Assembly (NCBI GenBank): GCA_963839305.1
Contig: CAWIUL010000011.1
Span: 2,633,561 to 2,697,560, forward strand
Length of the DNA stretch: 64,000 bases
Source: an uncultured delta proteobacterium
GTDB taxonomy: Bacteria > Myxococcota_A > Polyangia > Polyangiales > Polyangiaceae
Direction: 5' to 3'
Below the pieces are notes generated by a model. The model was not told where the DNA came from. It saw only the letters and a list, made by a program, of their open reading frames with translations, and did no database searches. The number at the start of each line of letters is the position of its first letter. The first letter of the stretch is position 1. This document shows, in pieces, positions 61,070 through 64,000 of the stretch. A program made the position numbers and the translations under genes.

Positions 61070-62433
61070 CGAGCGGGCACGGTCGGCCTCTTGTGCTTCG
61101 GCAAGAGCGAGCCCACGGCGCGCAGGGCTCGCTCGCGGAGCTCGCGCGCGGGCTCCATTTCTTGGACGCGCTTGCCGGCGCGCATGACGTTGCGGAGGAG
61201 CGGTGCGCTCGAGACGGCGTCGTGGAGCTTCGTCGTGCGACCCGTCTGCACGCACACGAGCTTCGCGTCGCGCGCCGCCGAGTGGCGCTCGTTGGCCGCG
61301 TGGGCGATGTCACCCACTGGGTGACCGTCGGCGTCGAAGTATCGGAGCACGACCTTGCGCCCTGGAACGCCGCGCGCGCCGAGAGAGGCGCTCACGCGAA
61401 GGCGCGGAGACCAGCTGCCGCCCTCCTCGATCGCGACGATGTCGTAGCTCGCGTGCGGCTCGGCGCGAACGAGCGGGGCGATGACGAAGGCCGCGATGGG
61501 CGCGCCGCTGCGGCGCAAATCGGCGAGGTGCTCCGGCGATGACGTACCCGAGACGACGACCACCGGCTCCTTGAGACCCGCCTTCGCGAAGCGCTCGTAG
61601 GCGGCGGGCCAGGCGTCGAGCACGTCGGTCGCGCTCATCTCGATCGCGATCGGCGCGTCGCTCCACGAGGCCGTCGCCTTCGCGCGCGCCGCGGCGACGA
61701 TCTTCTCGATGCCCTCGAGGACGTCGCGCACGTCGACGCGCACGATCGGCTGCTCGGGCACGGCGCGAAGCCAGGCCTCGAACGCGGCCTGCTCGTCCTT
61801 CGCGGCGAGAATGAAAGACGCGGGTTGCAGCGCGCGCACGGGGATCCCGTAGCGTCGGCCCGCGAGCGCGTGCGTGGTCGCCCCGGCGCCACCCACGAAC
61901 GCGGCGCGCGCGTGGAGCACGTTTCCGCCGAGCCGGCCGAGGAGCGTCGAGCCGGCCTCGATGATCTCGGCGCCCTCCGCGGCGATCACGCAACGCGCGA
62001 CCTGCGAGGCGACCTGCGTCGCGCCGTCGATCGAGCTCAAGACCCACGCCGCGACGAGCTGCGCCTGCCAGAACGGTCCCTCGATCGTGAGCACGGGTTG
62101 GCCCGCGCAGACGACCGAGCCTTCGGGCACGGCGTCGACGTCGCACGTGAAGCGCGCGCCGTCGATCTTGCGCGCGAGCTCGCCGCTGATCGCGCCGGCC
62201 TCCTTCAGGTACGTCGCCTCCTCGCTCTTGATCCGGAAGCGCTCGAGCGCGTCGATGAGCGGCTCGATCCCCGCGAGCACCGAGAGCGGATCGTCCGCGG
62301 TGCCGTCGAGCGTGCACTCGAACGTCGTCCGCGCCGTCTCGAAGCCCGCGTAGTGCGCGGCGGCGACGGCGTGAAATGCATCGAGCCCGACCGAGAGCGG
62401 GTTCACCGTGAGCGTGGGGATCGGCGGCGGCAT
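61009..62433 (-). CDS. pncB: Nicotinate phosphoribosyltransferase family protein.
   Basis: NAPRTase family-like throughout (474 aa). Convergent overlap with the P450 3' end. Confidence 0.75.
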   Translation of the reverse strand: MPPPIPTLTVNPLSVGLDAFHAVAAAHYAGFETARTTFECTLDGTADDPLSVLAGIEPLIDALERFRIKSEEATYLKEAGAISGELARKIDGARFTCDVDAVPEGSVVCAGQPVLTIEGPFWQAQLVAAWVLSSIDGATQVASQVARCVIAAEGAEIIEAGSTLLGRLGGNVLHARAAFVGGAGATTHALAGRRYGIPVRALQPASFILAAKDEQAAFEAWLRAVPEQPIVRVDVRDVLEGIEKIVAAARAKATASWSDAPIAIEMSATDVLDAWPAAYERFAKAGLKEPVVVVSGTSSPEHLADLRRSGAPIAAFVIAPLVRAEPHASYDIVAIEEGGSWSPRLRVSASLGARGVPGRKVVLRYFDADGHPVGDIAHAANERHSAARDAKLVCVQTGRTTKLHDAVSSAPLLRNVMRAGKRVQEMEPARELRERALRAVGSLLPKHKRPTVPARYPSGVTPALASLRRDLAGG

Positions 62434-62449
62434 GCTTGGCTCGAGCGTA

Positions 62450-63178
62450 CTATTTCCGCGCTCGTTTGCGCGGGCGCGTCGCAGGCGGCGGCTTCGACGG
62501 CGCGGCGGGCTCCGCCGGGGCCTCCGTCCAGCGATAGAGCTGCGCGGGGCGATGGCGGCCCGTTCGGTGCGCGGACGCGACCGGCTCGACGAGGTTCTGC
62601 GAGATGAGCTTCGCGCGGAAGTTCCGCTTGTCGAGGCGACGACCGAGCACCGCCTCGTGCACGTGCTGGAGCTCGCTCAACGTGAAGCGCGCCGGCACGA
62701 GCTCGAGTCTGGGGCGCGAGGGTGCGTCGTGGCCCGCGAGGTGATCGCGCAGCCGCATGGCCGCGAGCGCGATGATGCGCGAGTGATCGAACGCGACGCG
62801 CGCGCGCATGATGGTCGCGAGCGGGACCCACTGCGCGTCCGCGGCGTCGTCCGCGGCGACGGGCCTGGTCGCGGCGACGACGAACGCGAAGAACGCGACG
62901 CTCACCGTGTGACCGCGCGGATCGCGCCCCGGATCGCCGAACGCGCCGAGCTGCTCGAGCTGGGTCTGCACGAGGCCCGTCTCTTCTTGGAGCTCTCGCG
63001 CCGCGGCCCGCTCGAGCGTCTCGCTCTCCTCGACGAAGCCTCCGGGGAGCGCCCAATGACCTTTGAACGGCGGACCGCCTCGGCGGATCATGAGCACCGC
63101 GAGGTCGCCCGCGCGGATCGTGAAGAGGACGACGTCGACTGTGACCGCGGGGCGCGGATATTCGTACGTGTACGGCAC
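62450..63178 (-). CDS. NrtR-like regulator: Nudix hydrolase domain fused to a C-terminal winged-helix domain.
   Basis: Nudix box GGFVEESETLERAAARELQEETG. About 90 C-terminal residues beyond the Nudix fold. Adjacent to the NAPRTase gene. Confidence 0.7.
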   Translation of the reverse strand: MPYTYEYPRPAVTVDVVLFTIRAGDLAVLMIRRGGPPFKGHWALPGGFVEESETLERAAARELQEETGLVQTQLEQLGAFGDPGRDPRGHTVSVAFFAFVVAATRPVAADDAADAQWVPLATIMRARVAFDHSRIIALAAMRLRDHLAGHDAPSRPRLELVPARFTLSELQHVHEAVLGRRLDKRNFRAKLISQNLVEPVASAHRTGRHRPAQLYRWTEAPAEPAAPSKPPPATRPRKRARK

Positions 63179-63239
63179 GGGCTGGGCACACTAGATTGAG
63201 ACCATGCGGTGGGGAAGCCACGACGACCAAGTACTGCCG

Positions 63240-63746
63240 ATGCGCGCCTCGTTGGCGCTCATCGTCCTCCTCTCCGGGTGCCTCGACAAGGCGAAGTCCG
63301 ACTACGACAAGTGCATCGAGCGCGACCGAAACTACGACGTCGCGGGCGCGGTCGCCGCGTGCCAGGCCGCGGTCGCCGCGGATCCGAAGAGCACGAGCGG
63401 CCAGGCCGCGGCGAAGAAGCTCTTCGATTTGCAGACCGTCAGCGACAAGATGAAGGTCGAGCGCGAGGAGAAATCGCAGCGCGAGACGAGCATCAAGAAG
63501 GACGACCCGCCGCTCGTCATCGTTCATCCCAGCGCTTCCGCCGCGCCTTCTGGCGGCGTGCCCGTGCTCGCGCAGGCGCAGGCGCTCGCGACGAAGGGCG
63601 ACGAGAAGGGCGCGCGCGCCCTCATTCAGGATCGCGTGCTCGCAGGCGAGGGATCACCGGAAGAGGTGAAGCTCCTCAAGAGCATCTGCAGGACGCAGAA
63701 GGACAAGGCGTGCCTCGTCGCGATCTCGAAAGCCGGCAACAAGTGA
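63240..63746 (+). CDS. Hypothetical lipoprotein (TPR-like).
   Basis: MRASLALIVLLSGC lipobox. Start chosen at the internal ATG at 63240. Confidence 0.55.
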   Translation: MRASLALIVLLSGCLDKAKSDYDKCIERDRNYDVAGAVAACQAAVAADPKSTSGQAAAKKLFDLQTVSDKMKVEREEKSQRETSIKKDDPPLVIVHPSASAAPSGGVPVLAQAQALATKGDEKGARALIQDRVLAGEGSPEEVKLLKSICRTQKDKACLVAISKAGNK

Positions 63747-63754
63747 CGCTTTGA

Positions 63755-63994
63755 TCAGAGGCGCTTCGCGAGCTCTTTGATCGCGGGCGGGCGCGCGGCG
63801 TCCTCGAAGAGCAGCGGGAAGAACGCTGGCGCGATCGGGAGCTCTTTCTCGAGACGCGCGAGGCTCTCGGCCTGAACGCGCTCTCGGATCGCGCGCGAGC
63901 ACGCCGAACCGAGCGCCGAGGTCCCCGCGTCTTTCGGAACTATCACGAGCGGCTCGAGCTTCTCGCGCTCCGCGCGCGAGAAGAGCGGCGGCAA
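63755..63994 (-). CDS. Hypothetical protein, 3' part only. The gene start lies beyond the window edge.
   Basis: Minus-strand ORF open to the window end. Confidence 0.3.
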   Translation of the reverse strand: MPPLFSRAEREKLEPLVIVPKDAGTSALGSACSRAIRERVQAESLARLEKELPIAPAFFPLLFEDAARPPAIKELAKRL

Positions 63995-64000
63995 GACGCC

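Overview
High-GC (~70%), gene-dense bacterial chromosome segment. Lipoprotein-rich content, PilZ proteins, the myxobacterial-style EPS machinery and Arg-rich spurious ORFs in the alternate frames suggest a myxobacterium, but this is inference. Both strands are densely coding, and many adjacent genes overlap by 4 nt (ATGA or GTGA), indicating translationally coupled operons.

Landmarks from 5' to 3':
- A Ser/Thr kinase operon with a Cys-rich lipoprotein.
- cdnL.
- A NosL-like copper-chaperone lipoprotein in an ABC-transporter operon.
- Two tandem acidic lipoproteins.
- rpe.
- An ArnT/PMT-like glycosyltransferase.
- An ada/alkA-ogt DNA-alkylation repair pair.
- A ~27 kb Wzx/Wzy-dependent polysaccharide locus (15.2-42.8 kb).
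- Two frameshifted MFS efflux genes.
- An EF-hand 5'-nucleotidase-like phosphoesterase.
- LysR-YceI.
- tRNA-Ser(GCU).
- An ABC-2 transporter.
- An RNase E/G with a large disordered insertion.
- SOD.
- A TetR-P450 pair.
- An NAPRTase with an NrtR-like Nudix regulator.

The polysaccharide locus is the most interesting part. It has split, kinase-less chain-length and export machinery: a degenerate BY-kinase domain, and a short OPX protein with a separate beta-barrel. It also carries two carrier-protein tailoring modules. One is PPTase-ACP-acyl-ACP dehydrogenase plus a truncated class-II aaRS-like amino-acid:carrier-protein ligase. The other is FkbH-like plus an LbH-ACP fusion plus acetyltransferases.

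At least seven genes show frameshifts or an internal stop. One has two compensating shifts 65 nt apart. This points to indel errors in the assembly, or less likely pseudogenisation.

No CRISPR array, rRNA, transposase or integrase was detected.
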